A stretch of 64,000 nucleotides of DNA, from positions 32,001 through 96,000 of IMG/VR virus record IMGVR_UViG_3300013426_000023. One strand, given 5' to 3'. The DNA is from a virus (Duplodnaviria > Caudoviricetes). The notes below the pieces were generated by a model that was given only the letters and a program-made list of their open reading frames with translations, did no database searches and was not told where the DNA came from. Position numbers and translations under genes: made by a program. Within the stretch, counting starts at the first letter, position 1, and the number at the start of each line of letters is the position of its first letter. Positions 20,119-30,213 of the stretch are shown one piece after another.

Positions 20119-21141
20119 TTAAAAAAATGGTAAATCATTATCTATTTCCTGTAAGAGAGAAGAATAAGAATCTTTAAATTCTTTAATTAATCTCTTTTTT
20201 CCAAAAAAATGATATATATCTGACCAATCCTTAGCTTGGTCAATTTTAGGACATTTTAATATAGAAAGTCCTGTTTTTAAAGATAAGTTATTTGCATCTT
20301 TTATACCTGCGTTATCTCCATCAAAAGCTATATAAATATGGTTAAATCGTTTTCTCAATATTTGTAGTGCAGTATCAGATAAACCTGTAGTCTCTGATTG
20401 CACATAAACACATGGAATCTGAACATTTGACCATAGACAAAGTGCATCTTTTAATGATGAGCATATCAATAACACATCTGCTGTCTCTGGTAGTTTAGAC
20501 CAAAGTCCTATAACACTCTTGTCATTGGAATTAGTCCATTTATAACCATTTTTATTATAGGGTTGATAGATTTTCTTTGTTATATTTCCTTCTTTTCTTT
20601 CAACAAAGCAATAAGCATATTTATCACAAGCAAACACATATCTTTTATTATCTTTATATATAATTTTATGAGAAATAGGATATACTTCTGTGTACTTTAC
20701 AAGATTTACATTACAACCATAACTCTCCCAATACTCAACATCATAATTTCTCCAATCCCTTACCTTCACTTCAAGTCTAATTTGACTGTTATTACTGATA
20801 GTAATATTGTGCTTAAGGTTAGATTTTTGAATATTAATCTGTTGAGTATTAATGTTCATATCACTACATAATTTGTTCAATAATTGAGGAAATGATATAT
20901 TATATATCTTCATCAACAAATCAAACAAAGAACCTTGCTCTCCTGTAGCAAAGTCTTTATAATGTATATGCTTTCCATCACTTGAATATATACCAAATGA
21001 TGGTTTATCATCTTTCCTTAAAGGGCTTTTCATCCTAAAAGGAACTTGAGTTATACCAAAGTAATAATTAAGAATTTGTCCTTCATTAACTTTGGTGAGT
21101 ATATCTTGTAAAGAGGCAGAAGTATATCCCTTACTTATCAT
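20119..21141 (-). CDS. DNA primase (TOPRIM)
   Basis: SPLRKDDKPSF N-terminal domain, SSLKDALC, FDGDNAG, KDWSD. Confidence 0.85.
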   Translation of the reverse strand: MISKGYTSASLQDILTKVNEGQILNYYFGITQVPFRMKSPLRKDDKPSFGIYSSDGKHIHYKDFATGEQGSLFDLLMKIYNISFPQLLNKLCSDMNINTQQINIQKSNLKHNITISNNSQIRLEVKVRDWRNYDVEYWESYGCNVNLVKYTEVYPISHKIIYKDNKRYVFACDKYAYCFVERKEGNITKKIYQPYNKNGYKWTNSNDKSVIGLWSKLPETADVLLICSSLKDALCLWSNVQIPCVYVQSETTGLSDTALQILRKRFNHIYIAFDGDNAGIKDANNLSLKTGLSILKCPKIDQAKDWSDIYHFFGKKRLIKEFKDSYSSLLQEIDNDLPFF

Positions 21142-21155
21142 AACATCAATATATT

Positions 21156-22100
21156 TTAAGCATTATCCCAAGGTGAAGAGGTAGGAGCTGTACCACTAAA
21201 AGGAAGTGCAGCATCACTATTATTAAGATTAGTCTCCTTTACACTATATTCATGTAAAGGATTATTATCAAACTCAGTAGTTTGTAAACCTCCTGCATTT
21301 TTCTTGCTCTGAATATCCGCATCAATCTTAGCCCAATTATTGCTGTTATTCTTTAGAGTATAATTAGTATAAAGAGTACTATACTGCTTGCCATCATCAG
21401 TAGTTCTCACACCAATCATAGCCTTAAACTTATTATTAGGCTGAAGAGTTACAATATCCTTAAGCTCTGAGAAATTACCACTAAAATAATCCTTAATATG
21501 GTCTAATCTACACTCAGAATCTGATGGATTATCAACCATTACCCACTCATTATTTACATACTTTTGACAAGATGGAATATTAAGATAATTCTGCAAGAAC
21601 ATTGTCAATGGTTCTTCACCAATAAATGCTGGTCTATAATTTGCACTGATGTTAAATTCATGACTTACACCATCCTTTTCATAAGTAGGAATTTTATGAT
21701 TCTTTACATCATCCTGTGTAGCCCATGCAGTTCTTCCGTATTCATCAATTACTTGACACTTAGTATTATCACGGTTAGTTCTTACTTTATTTTGAATAGT
21801 AAATCTTGCAGTAAAGAACTCCTCAATTCCATTATTTGTCTCAGGGTCAGCTTGACAAATAAATGTAACATGAGCTGTTTGTACTTTATTACCATCATTA
21901 TCGGTAATTTCACCTACATATTCTTGGTCTTTTGTAATCTCTCTATCATAGAGTTTACTCAATTGTTCCTTAGTAGGATTAAAGGCTCTTACAAAGAAAG
22001 AGCCTTGACCAATATATTTCTTAAACTCCGCTGCTTCTGTACTTACTTGTGACTTACCAAATGCCATAAATAAAAAGGATGTTTTAATGTTATTATTCAT
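21156..22100 (-). CDS. Putative ssDNA-binding protein
   Basis: Lies between the AAA ATPase and primase; flexible C-terminus ending LPF...SPWDNA. Confidence 0.5.
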   Translation of the reverse strand: MNNNIKTSFLFMAFGKSQVSTEAAEFKKYIGQGSFFVRAFNPTKEQLSKLYDREITKDQEYVGEITDNDGNKVQTAHVTFICQADPETNNGIEEFFTARFTIQNKVRTNRDNTKCQVIDEYGRTAWATQDDVKNHKIPTYEKDGVSHEFNISANYRPAFIGEEPLTMFLQNYLNIPSCQKYVNNEWVMVDNPSDSECRLDHIKDYFSGNFSELKDIVTLQPNNKFKAMIGVRTTDDGKQYSTLYTNYTLKNNSNNWAKIDADIQSKKNAGGLQTTEFDNNPLHEYSVKETNLNNSDAALPFSGTAPTSSPWDNA

Positions 22101-22127
22101 TTCTTTAAATATTTAATATGTTAATAA

Positions 22128-22598
22128 TTAATCTAAATTCTCTGGAAATACTTTTTCTTCTGTACTATTTTCTACATTATCTATACTACTTGTAGACTCT
22201 GTTGATTCTGTAGTGTTTGTAATATCAACAGGTTCTACATTATCAACAATAGATTCTACTGATGATTCTGATTCATTTACTTCCTCTACAGGAACAACAA
22301 ATGTAAGTACTCTTTTCTTAAGTTGATACTTATTATCTTTGTCCATCTTAGGAGTACCATCCTCATTTACTTGTGGAATATAGTCACACTTAATGAGCTG
22401 ACCAGATGTATAACCAGTGAGATTCTTTACACCATTCTCTGATGATTCAATAAAAGTATTAAGGTCTTCCTTCTCTTTTGTAAGTTCCTCAATTTTCTTA
22501 TCAATTGAATCAATCTTCTTATACATAGGAAGATTATTCAAAAAGATTCTCTTAATACTAGCAATTTCTCTACTTGTAAGTTCTGTTAATGCTTTCAT
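22128..22598 (-). CDS. Hypothetical coiled-coil protein with acidic tail
   Basis: 156 aa, operon context. Confidence 0.7.
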   Translation of the reverse strand: MKALTELTSREIASIKRIFLNNLPMYKKIDSIDKKIEELTKEKEDLNTFIESSENGVKNLTGYTSGQLIKCDYIPQVNEDGTPKMDKDNKYQLKKRVLTFVVPVEEVNESESSVESIVDNVEPVDITNTTESTESTSSIDNVENSTEEKVFPENLD

Positions 22599-22676
22599 TT
22601 TAATTTAAATTTAATATATTAATATTATGTTATTTCCTCCATTCATTAATTTTTTATTTTTTTACTAAATATACAA

Positions 22677-23360
22677 TTATCCATTGTAATATTCATCCAT
22701 TGCCTTTACGACAAGTCCTAAATCATTAGGAATAAAATCCTTATCAAACATTTCTGCTGGTGATTTAGCTGGTATCTCAATGTTTCCATCAAGACATTTA
22801 TGAGTATAAAATCCATATATAGGATTTTTATTCTCATCATATTTTACAGTTGAATATAACAACATTGGAACAACCTCAATAGGATTATATGAATTATCAA
22901 TCAATTTACCTATTGTTGAAGGTTTATAACCAACAATAACATTGTCTGATACTATATCTTCACTATGCATGATAAGAAATACATTCATATTCTCTCTCAT
23001 ATTTTCAGCAGTACTAATAATACTTTGAAAATGAGAAGCCATATCTACAAATTTATTAAAGCCAGTCTGTTTAGCTGTCTTGAAATATTCCTTTCTCATA
23101 ATATAAGTTGCATCATCAATTACTACATTTCTTACATTATGAGCTTTATCACTAATAGCTTGCATATAGGATATAATATCACTAAAACTATCCAACATGA
23201 ATAGATTTTTATTCTCTGTATTATAAATCTTTCCACTACCTTTAAATGGTAATTTTTTCTTTAATACATTGAATATAACTGTTGATTTTGGGTCTAATGT
23301 CTTAATAGAAGTTGATTTACCACAACCAGACTTACCCATGATTAAAACTACATTTGCCAT
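22677..23360 (-). CDS. AAA_24/Sak4-like ATPase
   Basis: Walker A GKSGCGKS, Walker B VVIDD, AKSP...IPNDL. Confidence 0.85.
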   Translation of the reverse strand: MANVVLIMGKSGCGKSTSIKTLDPKSTVIFNVLKKKLPFKGSGKIYNTENKNLFMLDSFSDIISYMQAISDKAHNVRNVVIDDATYIMRKEYFKTAKQTGFNKFVDMASHFQSIISTAENMRENMNVFLIMHSEDIVSDNVIVGYKPSTIGKLIDNSYNPIEVVPMLLYSTVKYDENKNPIYGFYTHKCLDGNIEIPAKSPAEMFDKDFIPNDLGLVVKAMDEYYNG

Positions 23361-23389
23361 ATTATTTCTTCTACTTCTTATAGGAATTG

Positions 23390-23421
23390 CAAAAATAACA
23401 TAAATATTTTACTCAAGCAAA
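23390..23421 (-). promoter_or_regulatory. Bacteroidota sigma-A-type promoter
   Basis: Minus strand TTTG-N20-TATTTTTG upstream of the ATPase. Confidence 0.6.
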
Positions 23422-24581
23422 CCTTTAACTTTATTTATTATACTATACATAAGCATACTAATAGACGTCTTAACATCATTAGTACTTCTTATTTTATGAA
23501 GATACTTATAAACTTTGTCAAGTTCTACCTTATTATTAGGTAATGGTAACTCATCAAAGTAATTAATAGCACCATCAAAGAATAAAGGACATATACCATT
23601 AGATTGTCCATTTCTATTTAATACTACCTCAAGTACTCTAAAATTACCTTTTAATTGTTTAATATCATATCCTAAATACTCAGGTAATTCATAAGAGAAA
23701 GGATTAGTAATACCTAACATTATACTACAATCCTTAGCTGTATATTTACTATCACTTAAACCAGCCATTGTAGGTCTAATCTTATTATTTTTAAATGCAT
23801 CAAGATTAGTAGTTTCTGTTGATTGCTGTTGAACAGCAACAGGTATATAATTATATCTATTTCTAAATATAATCATATATTCACTATACTTATTAATACA
23901 TTCTCTAAGAGTCATACCTCTCTCCTGTTCCAACAATGATATATGGTCAGTAATTATAAATACATATTCATTAGGATTATCTGGCTCATAATAATCAAAA
24001 CATTCTCCTTCTTTCTCTTGACCCCATTCATCCTTATATTTATATTTTTTCTTATGTGTTTTACCATGTGTATCTGCATAAGATTTTACTGTTTTCCAAA
24101 TACCTGTTGGATTTCTATCTGATTGAAATGATACTACTTCTTCATAATAAGACATTATATTTTTATACTTATCTGAATTAAGCAAGTCTAATATCTTAGT
24201 GTCAACTGGTTTCTTATTATCAGTTGATTTTAGATTTGTAGGACTTATCCTAATATTATCAAATATATATAATAAATATGCCATAAACCTAAGAGTTATA
24301 GCTTCTTCAGTTTCTTCCAAATTATAATAAAATATCTTAGGTTTTATTATGTCTTTATGTTTATATGAGTACAATATAGTATTATATACAAATAGAAAAT
24401 TTGTAAATTGTGTTTTACTTGCTTTTGTTGCACCACTAATTAAATAGTATGTCCCTTGTTCTATTCCAGGAATTTCACTTCTAAACCTATTGAAAGGAAG
24501 AGGAATACAATTAATTTCTCCATTAATTATTTTCTCTCTTCTTTTCTTTAGAATATTAAGTACTCTTTCTCTTAAACTCAT
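23409..24581 (-). CDS. DnaB-like replicative helicase
   Basis: GATKASKT Walker A variant, IITDHISLL, VQQQ, LSDSK, VLNRNG. Confidence 0.85.
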   Translation of the reverse strand: MSLRERVLNILKKRREKIINGEINCIPLPFNRFRSEIPGIEQGTYYLISGATKASKTQFTNFLFVYNTILYSYKHKDIIKPKIFYYNLEETEEAITLRFMAYLLYIFDNIRISPTNLKSTDNKKPVDTKILDLLNSDKYKNIMSYYEEVVSFQSDRNPTGIWKTVKSYADTHGKTHKKKYKYKDEWGQEKEGECFDYYEPDNPNEYVFIITDHISLLEQERGMTLRECINKYSEYMIIFRNRYNYIPVAVQQQSTETTNLDAFKNNKIRPTMAGLSDSKYTAKDCSIMLGITNPFSYELPEYLGYDIKQLKGNFRVLEVVLNRNGQSNGICPLFFDGAINYFDELPLPNNKVELDKVYKYLHKIRSTNDVKTSISMLMYSIINKVKGLLE

Positions 24582-24907
24582 TAGAATGTCTTAATATAAT
24601 CCTTTTGATTCTGTAAGTGTTCAGCATTCTTATTAAGAGTATATTCAAGATTATCTTTGTATTTACTTATAATCTTGATTCTATTTGTAAGAATTTCATT
24701 ATATTTTACGTAAGCATTTTTTTCAGCTCTTGCTCTTGCAAGTTTTTTACCTTTTTCTAAGTTAAAATCCTCATTTTTAGCAATTGCAACACCTACAGTA
24801 TTAATTTGGTCAAAAGGAACACCAAACTTTGCGTTGCATACTACTACTTTGTTACTCTCATCTACCTTGAATGAAAATTCAAGTTGTCTCATTTTAAAAT
24901 TTTCCAT
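24581..24907 (-). CDS. Hypothetical phage protein
   Basis: GVAIAKNEDFNLEKGKKLARARA; coupled to the helicase. Confidence 0.7.
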   Translation of the reverse strand: MENFKMRQLEFSFKVDESNKVVVCNAKFGVPFDQINTVGVAIAKNEDFNLEKGKKLARARAEKNAYVKYNEILTNRIKIISKYKDNLEYTLNKNAEHLQNQKDYIKTF

Positions 24908-25003
24908 TTTACTTTTAAATTTAATATATTAAACAATAAAGTTATTTATTAATAATAATAGGAGTATCTTCTTTAAAATATTCCCAAGTTATATAGTTAT
25001 CTG

Positions 25004-25624
25004 TCATTTTAATTCTGTTGTCCAATCATTTGAAATATTATCTTCTTGACCTTCATTTTCAATATAAGATAACAATTGAGAATTATCTTCTGTAGAACCA
25101 TCAATACCAGTAGTTCTTTTACTTATGAAATATTTAAGAAGTTGCATGTATCTATAGTTACCATTAAATGAATTAACATATTTTTTAACTGCATTTATTG
25201 CCTGTTCGTCTGTGAAATCTACTTTGAATTTTCTTACTAAATTTTTTAATCTTAATGCTATTATATTAGTAGAATCTCTCCATTGATAAGCAGTTCCTTC
25301 TTTTCTCCCTTTTGGATATAATTCTCTCAATTTATCTGCCAATACAACAAATCTATCTTTTAATTCATTTTCTACTGGAACTAGTTGCTGTATTTCACTA
25401 TTAAGTACTAAAGCTTCTATTACGTTTATACCATATTGGTTTATCTTTACATTCTCAGCATATCCTCTACTAATAAAATCATATTGAATCATACCTTTAT
25501 TACATAAGGATTTAAATGTAGAAAGCTCTATCTTCTTTTTAAAATAGAGAGAAACAAGATACATACATTCATCTATAGTTAATCCTGTTTCTTCTATTTT
25601 GTCAGTATCTATTATTATTTTCAT
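25004..25624 (-). CDS. Putative HTH/replication-organiser protein
   Basis: LRELYPKG...YMQLLKYFI; upstream of DnaB; function inferred from context. Confidence 0.45.
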   Translation of the reverse strand: MKIIIDTDKIEETGLTIDECMYLVSLYFKKKIELSTFKSLCNKGMIQYDFISRGYAENVKINQYGINVIEALVLNSEIQQLVPVENELKDRFVVLADKLRELYPKGRKEGTAYQWRDSTNIIALRLKNLVRKFKVDFTDEQAINAVKKYVNSFNGNYRYMQLLKYFISKRTTGIDGSTEDNSQLLSYIENEGQEDNISNDWTTELK

Positions 25625-25633
25625 AATGACTAT

Positions 25634-26854
25634 TTATATTTTAACTTCCTTAATTTTACTAATATCACTTAAATTTATTATATATTCTTTATTGTAATTC
25701 TCAAGCATTTTATTTTTTATTTCTTCATCTCTTGAATTTACAATATATGGTATAATAATATATGGATTTTTACATCTTAAACTTCTACCTACACGTTGAA
25801 TACCAATAATTTCTGATGCATTTAAATTTGCAAATATAGCTACCTTACAATCTTTTAAATTCATACCTTCATCAAGAATATGCACAGCAGTTATATGTTT
25901 TATCTTATTATTATTAAAATCATCTAATGTCTTTAAAGCTTTTGATGTCTTACTATGTATTGCATTACTTCCAAGTATTTCAGATTGTTCAATATTATTG
26001 CAGAAAGTTAATGTTCTTTGTTCCTTTAAGAGAGATAAAATATACTTTACTGTATTATTCTTATACATTGAAAGCCATTTTAATCTATCTCCTGCTGACC
26101 TTAGCCATTTATTTTTAATAGCTATTGACCTTGAAGACATAAATCTTTTTTTATACCAATCTATCTGGTCTGACATATAGGAATAATATTGTCTTGCAGT
26201 ACAATGAATAATTATTTTTCTATTAGAAAATCTTTTTATATAATTCCATCTTTCTTCAAAATTACATTCTATTGGATTATTACATCTTGGATTTTTGATA
26301 ATAGTATATTGTCTGTTTTTTGTATCTAACTGTATAGGAATTGTAATTATTGTAGGAGTAGGAAGAATGTTATCTTCTATAGCATCATTTAATGTATTTT
26401 TTACAATATTATAAGTACCAAAACTTTCAAAGAAATACATAATTTCTTTAGGTAATGTAGCACTTAATACTATAATTTTTGATGTAGGAGAAATCTTCAT
26501 ATCTATAAAAGTTTCTCTTCTTGCTTCAGACATATGTTGAGCCTCATCAAATATCCATATATCAGCATATCTATTACATTTATCTATACTATTATAACAT
26601 TTAATATCTATACCTTTTGAATGATAGTCCCATTTTTTTAGTTCATCCTTCCAGTTATTTATTAATGCTCTTCTAGGAACAAGAATATTAACTGTAATTT
26701 GTTCTTCTCCTTGTTTGATAAGTTTATCTTCTATAGCCTTTATACAATCAATAGCAATTTTAGTCTTACCACTGCCTGTACTAAGTTGTAGAATTGTTGT
26801 TCTTACGCTAAAAATCTTTTTTAGAGTGTTATTTAGCAGTTCTTCTCTTGTCAT
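25634..26854 (-). CDS. Superfamily 2 (DEAD/Res-like) helicase
   Basis: TGSGKT, FDEAQH, LSAT, LDEGMN, QRVGRSLR. Confidence 0.9.
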   Translation of the reverse strand: MTREELLNNTLKKIFSVRTTILQLSTGSGKTKIAIDCIKAIEDKLIKQGEEQITVNILVPRRALINNWKDELKKWDYHSKGIDIKCYNSIDKCNRYADIWIFDEAQHMSEARRETFIDMKISPTSKIIVLSATLPKEIMYFFESFGTYNIVKNTLNDAIEDNILPTPTIITIPIQLDTKNRQYTIIKNPRCNNPIECNFEERWNYIKRFSNRKIIIHCTARQYYSYMSDQIDWYKKRFMSSRSIAIKNKWLRSAGDRLKWLSMYKNNTVKYILSLLKEQRTLTFCNNIEQSEILGSNAIHSKTSKALKTLDDFNNNKIKHITAVHILDEGMNLKDCKVAIFANLNASEIIGIQRVGRSLRCKNPYIIIPYIVNSRDEEIKNKMLENYNKEYIINLSDISKIKEVKI

Positions 26855-27261
26855 TTAAGTATCTTTACTTTAACATGTTCTACATTTATTCTCTTTGAAT
26901 CTTTTGGATGTATGAGAATATCAATCCTATGTTTATGTCTTTTATTCATAATATCCTTTACTTGATATTCTCCATATCCTTCTATATATACTCTTTTAGG
27001 CTTTCCTTTTGGAAATAACCATAATAAGTCTCTTGAGATTGCACACCATTTAATTTTATTGTTTCTTAAATGATATAAATTTATCTTTGAACCATCAGAA
27101 GTAACTAATGGTTCATTATTACATTGTGATTTAATTGGCTGATAGCAAGTCAATGTCACATGGGTTGTCTGTGCACAGCATTTCATGCAGGTAAAACATA
27201 GCATTCCTACCAACATAACAATCCATAATGCACATCTATAATTTATTCTTATTTTATACAT
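26851..27261 (-). CDS. 3D-domain (MltA/RlpA-like) protein with N-terminal signal/TM segment
   Basis: TLTCY...TSDGS...CAISRDL...VKDIMN...IDIL. Confidence 0.7.
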   Translation of the reverse strand: MYKIRINYRCALWIVMLVGMLCFTCMKCCAQTTHVTLTCYQPIKSQCNNEPLVTSDGSKINLYHLRNNKIKWCAISRDLLWLFPKGKPKRVYIEGYGEYQVKDIMNKRHKHRIDILIHPKDSKRINVEHVKVKILK

Positions 27262-27269
27262 AACATTTC

Positions 27270-27653
27270 TTATAATATTTTCTTGTCAAACTTTGACATT
27301 AACACTACAATGCGTTTGTATTTAGAAACAACTAACCCAAAAGGGACTAATCCGTTTTTTGCTCCATTAAGAAACTTACAATCAAATCTCTTTAGTCTGT
27401 CATTCCATACTGTTTCAACAACACTTCCTGTCTCTAAGTTAGATATGATGTCACCAACATAAATATCTTTCCCATTCATATCCTTTTCACCTGTGTACTG
27501 GCAGACGGTGGAAGGGTCAACAACATGTGAGCCTCCATTAATAGGAGCAATCATAGTCACTTTTTCTGCATGAAGCAAGTCACCTTCCACCCATTCTCCA
27601 TTGTCAAGTTTCTTAGCCTTGAATTTAATATCTTCTAATCTCATATTAGTCAT
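27270..27653 (-). CDS. YopX-family protein
   Basis: IKFKAK..NGEWVEGDL...VDPSTVCQYTGEKDMNGKDIYVGDI. Confidence 0.85.
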   Translation of the reverse strand: MTNMRLEDIKFKAKKLDNGEWVEGDLLHAEKVTMIAPINGGSHVVDPSTVCQYTGEKDMNGKDIYVGDIISNLETGSVVETVWNDRLKRFDCKFLNGAKNGLVPFGLVVSKYKRIVVLMSKFDKKIL

Positions 27654-27827
27654 TTTAATACATATTCCAAATCAAATACAAAATCTCCTAACAAGTCTAT
27701 TTTCTTTCTTATTAGTTCTGCTTCCAAATCAAACTTGTGTTCAACACAAAAATTTAATTCACTCAACAGTTTATCTCTTTCAGACTTCCATTTAGCCAAA
27801 AGCTCATTTTTTTTCTATCTTTTCCAT
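27650..27827 (-). pseudogene. 58-aa ORF interrupted by a frameshift in an A8 tract
   Basis: ATG GAA AAG ATA G-A8-TGA stops at once; with A7 it reads MEKIEKNELLAKWKSERDKLL...ECILK and ends in an ATGA overlap with yopX. Confidence 0.6.
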
Positions 27828-27844
27828 ATCACTCTTCTTTAAGT

Positions 27845-28039
27845 TCAACAATAGACAAGCTCAACTGGCTTATCGTTAAAACTCAGTTCTCTTCCTATCA
27901 GCTTCTTGATTGAGCCTTTGGGAAGTACAACTAAATTATAATAACCACCTGTAATCCATAATGAACCATTCTTAGTTTTTGTAAGTTTTGCATCGGAAAT
28001 GATTTCATTTCCATTACCATTAATTCCAACCCATGCCAT
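27845..28039 (-). CDS. Hypothetical phage protein
   Basis: LPKGSIKKLIGRELSF..PVEL. Confidence 0.7.
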   Translation of the reverse strand: MAWVGINGNGNEIISDAKLTKTKNGSLWITGGYYNLVVLPKGSIKKLIGRELSFNDKPVELVYC

Positions 28040-28041
28040 AA

Positions 28042-28445
28042 CTATTCCTCCTCTTTTATACCAAATGGAGTGCCATCTGCAAAGGTGTAATTTTCCATTA
28101 CCCCCTCATAGTCCCATCCTCTATTTCCGCAAATACTTATATCATCTTTTTCTTTATCAATGCCAGTAACCAGTATTATGTCCTCACACTTCTTGTCAAG
28201 CAAATATCCACAAGGTTGATGCTTCAACATCTCATTCCAGCATTCCTCTTTGTTGACAAAAGGACGGTAGGTAGGAGGGGTATTGATGTGAAATTCATAA
28301 TCAGAGCTATTTTCGAGATTTATCTCATCTCTTACAGCATACCATAATGATTTCATGCCATTAGAGTTTCTTCTGAACTCTATATCTTTACCTTCCGCAA
28401 AAGCTTGCAAGATAGGCAATAACTTAGCAACTTCTTCTCTTGTCA
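28042..28445 (-). CDS. Hypothetical phage protein (start revised to MTREEVAK)
   Basis: YRPF..ECWNEMLKHQP...TFADGTPFG. Confidence 0.7.
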
Positions 28446-28457
28446 TTGTTTGTCCTC

Positions 28458-28679
28458 CTAAATAAATTCTGATTTCATCCAATCTTTTAGCCCTAGAATA
28501 GATTGTTTTGTATTGCTGTTTACTCTTTCAGTCTCACTGTCTATCTTCCAGTATAACTCATTAATCTTATTCAATATATCACTTTTCTCTTTGTTCCACT
28601 TGTAATTGTAGAACATAGTTACAAGATAGCAGAATGCTATAATGCAAGCTAAAATAATTATAGTTATTTGTGTACTCAT
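28458..28679 (-). CDS. Small membrane protein (start revised to MSTQITII)
   Basis: One N-terminal TM helix; the upstream extension in the track overlaps the Tad2 gene and a hairpin. Confidence 0.6.
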   Translation of the reverse strand: MSTQITIIILACIIAFCYLVTMFYNYKWNKEKSDILNKINELYWKIDSETERVNSNTKQSILGLKDWMKSEFI

Positions 28680-28729
28680 ACCTCTTTCTATTTGCCCTCT
28701 CCCTGCTGTCACCAAGGAGAGGTGGTTAG

Positions 28730-29038
28730 TTAATCTGTTACTACTTCCCAATCTTCTGCAAACACATCTGATACAGAAGGCACCCAAGAATCAGCTCTAC
28801 CATCGGGGTTGATAATCAGCATCTGATTAGTATAGTCAATGTGTGGATTCTCACGCTTCATCAAGATGTCTTTTGCCGACTGAGGAAGAGACTGCATCTT
28901 AGGGATGATGTCACCTGTAATGTGTGCAGGAACTTGCTTGACAACAAACAGACCTTTACCATTCCAACCACTACGGCGAATAGCTTCACCTTTCTTTAAG
29001 TGCTCAATAGCACAACCAAAATTAAATTTTTCTTTCAT
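28730..29038 (-). CDS. tad2: DUF2829 / Tad2-family anti-defence sponge protein
   Basis: FNFGCAIEHLKKG..IRRSGWNGKGLFV ... WVPSVSDVFAEDWEVV is the DUF2829/Tad2 signature. Confidence 0.8.
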   Translation of the reverse strand: MKEKFNFGCAIEHLKKGEAIRRSGWNGKGLFVVKQVPAHITGDIIPKMQSLPQSAKDILMKRENPHIDYTNQMLIINPDGRADSWVPSVSDVFAEDWEVVTD

Positions 29039-29064
29039 ATTACTACTATTTAGCCCGAAGGCTG

Positions 29065-29478
29065 TTAAACATTTATTTTACTATCTAAACCTAATCCAAA
29101 GAGAAGGTGCTGTAGTTGATGAAGCCAATTTATAGCATTGCCCCCTTTAACTTCTATTTCATTATTGTAACAGAATGGGTAGAATGTTTTCTCTTCAACA
29201 TAATATCTTAACTGGATTGATACTAAAGATGGATTATGGTATTCATAATATTCAACATCATCATAATTTTGCCTTTTATGATGTTTTCTAAGTTCCCACT
29301 CATTCTTTTCAAGAATCTCTGGAGTAATAGGAATGCCTTTTATATCGTTTACATTTTTTACTTCTTGCCACTTAATATTATCATTATAAAAAGTGGCATA
29401 ATAATCATCACTCTGTTTTATAGTTCGTATACTACCATCAATGTAGACAATATCATCCTTTATATATTTCTGTTTCAT
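29065..29478 (-). CDS. Hypothetical phage protein
   Basis: GIPITPEILEKNEW...LHQLQHLLFGLG. Confidence 0.7.
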   Translation of the reverse strand: MKQKYIKDDIVYIDGSIRTIKQSDDYYATFYNDNIKWQEVKNVNDIKGIPITPEILEKNEWELRKHHKRQNYDDVEYYEYHNPSLVSIQLRYYVEEKTFYPFCYNNEIEVKGGNAINWLHQLQHLLFGLGLDSKINV

Positions 29479-29480
29479 AC

Positions 29481-29669
29481 TTACTTTCCTTTCTCAACGA
29501 ATATTACATTCTTGCCATCTGAACGATTACCGCTTTCACACATTAGGAAACAAGCTCCCCTCACTGGTGTGTCAAAGAAGAAACACCCTTCGCAAGGATG
29601 CTTTGGGTTGTTAAATGTATTCTCCTTAACCTCCAAGATGATTTCTTCACCAACCTTATATTCCTTCAC
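29481..29669 (-). CDS. Small Cys-rich protein
   Basis: CEGCFF...C...C...RSDGKNVIF. Confidence 0.7.
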   Translation of the reverse strand: MKEYKVGEEIILEVKENTFNNPKHPCEGCFFFDTPVRGACFLMCESGNRSDGKNVIFVEKGK

Positions 29670-29851
29670 TGCTCACCTCCTATCTTGTCAAGTTTGTCAC
29701 AAATAAATGAAGAACCCATAGCACATGCAAACACCAATGGTATGTTCCATAATGAGCTACTGCTCACTCCTGTATACTCAATCAAATTCTGTAACATGAC
29801 AAATGTCAAAACAAAATAACAAGTGAAACGCTTAATCAATGTCCAAATCAT
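29666..29851 (-). CDS. Small two-TM membrane protein
   Basis: Hydrophobic; ATGA overlaps at both ends. Confidence 0.6.
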   Translation of the reverse strand: MIWTLIKRFTCYFVLTFVMLQNLIEYTGVSSSSLWNIPLVFACAMGSSFICDKLDKIGGEQ

Positions 29852-30213
29852 TTCTCACCTCCTTTCTGCTCTAACAAATCATCAATGTAACACCAATGTT
29901 TTATTGATATTTTTTCAACAAAGTGCTTCCAAAACTTAATTTCTTTTATTTGGAATACAGAGGAGAACCCACCATATTTATATTGAACCAATATCCACTG
30001 TTCATATCCTTCTGGCTCTTCCCCAGCAGGATGCCACAGGTCTTTCAAGAACTCTTGGATTGCCCAGTGAGCACCTTCTGAAAAAGCATTTTTCAATTCA
30101 GGTTTTAATGACATTTTCCAGTTTCTACCTATGATTTGGCAATTGTTGCTTGCACCATAGGTGCTTGCAGCTTCTTCCATCTTCTTTTCGTCTAACATAA
30201 TCAATCCTCCCAA
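29848..30213 (-). CDS. Hypothetical phage protein
   Basis: GAHWAIQEFLKDLWHPA...WCYIDDLL. Confidence 0.7.
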   Translation of the reverse strand: MGGLIMLDEKKMEEAASTYGASNNCQIIGRNWKMSLKPELKNAFSEGAHWAIQEFLKDLWHPAGEEPEGYEQWILVQYKYGGFSSVFQIKEIKFWKHFVEKISIKHWCYIDDLLEQKGGEK

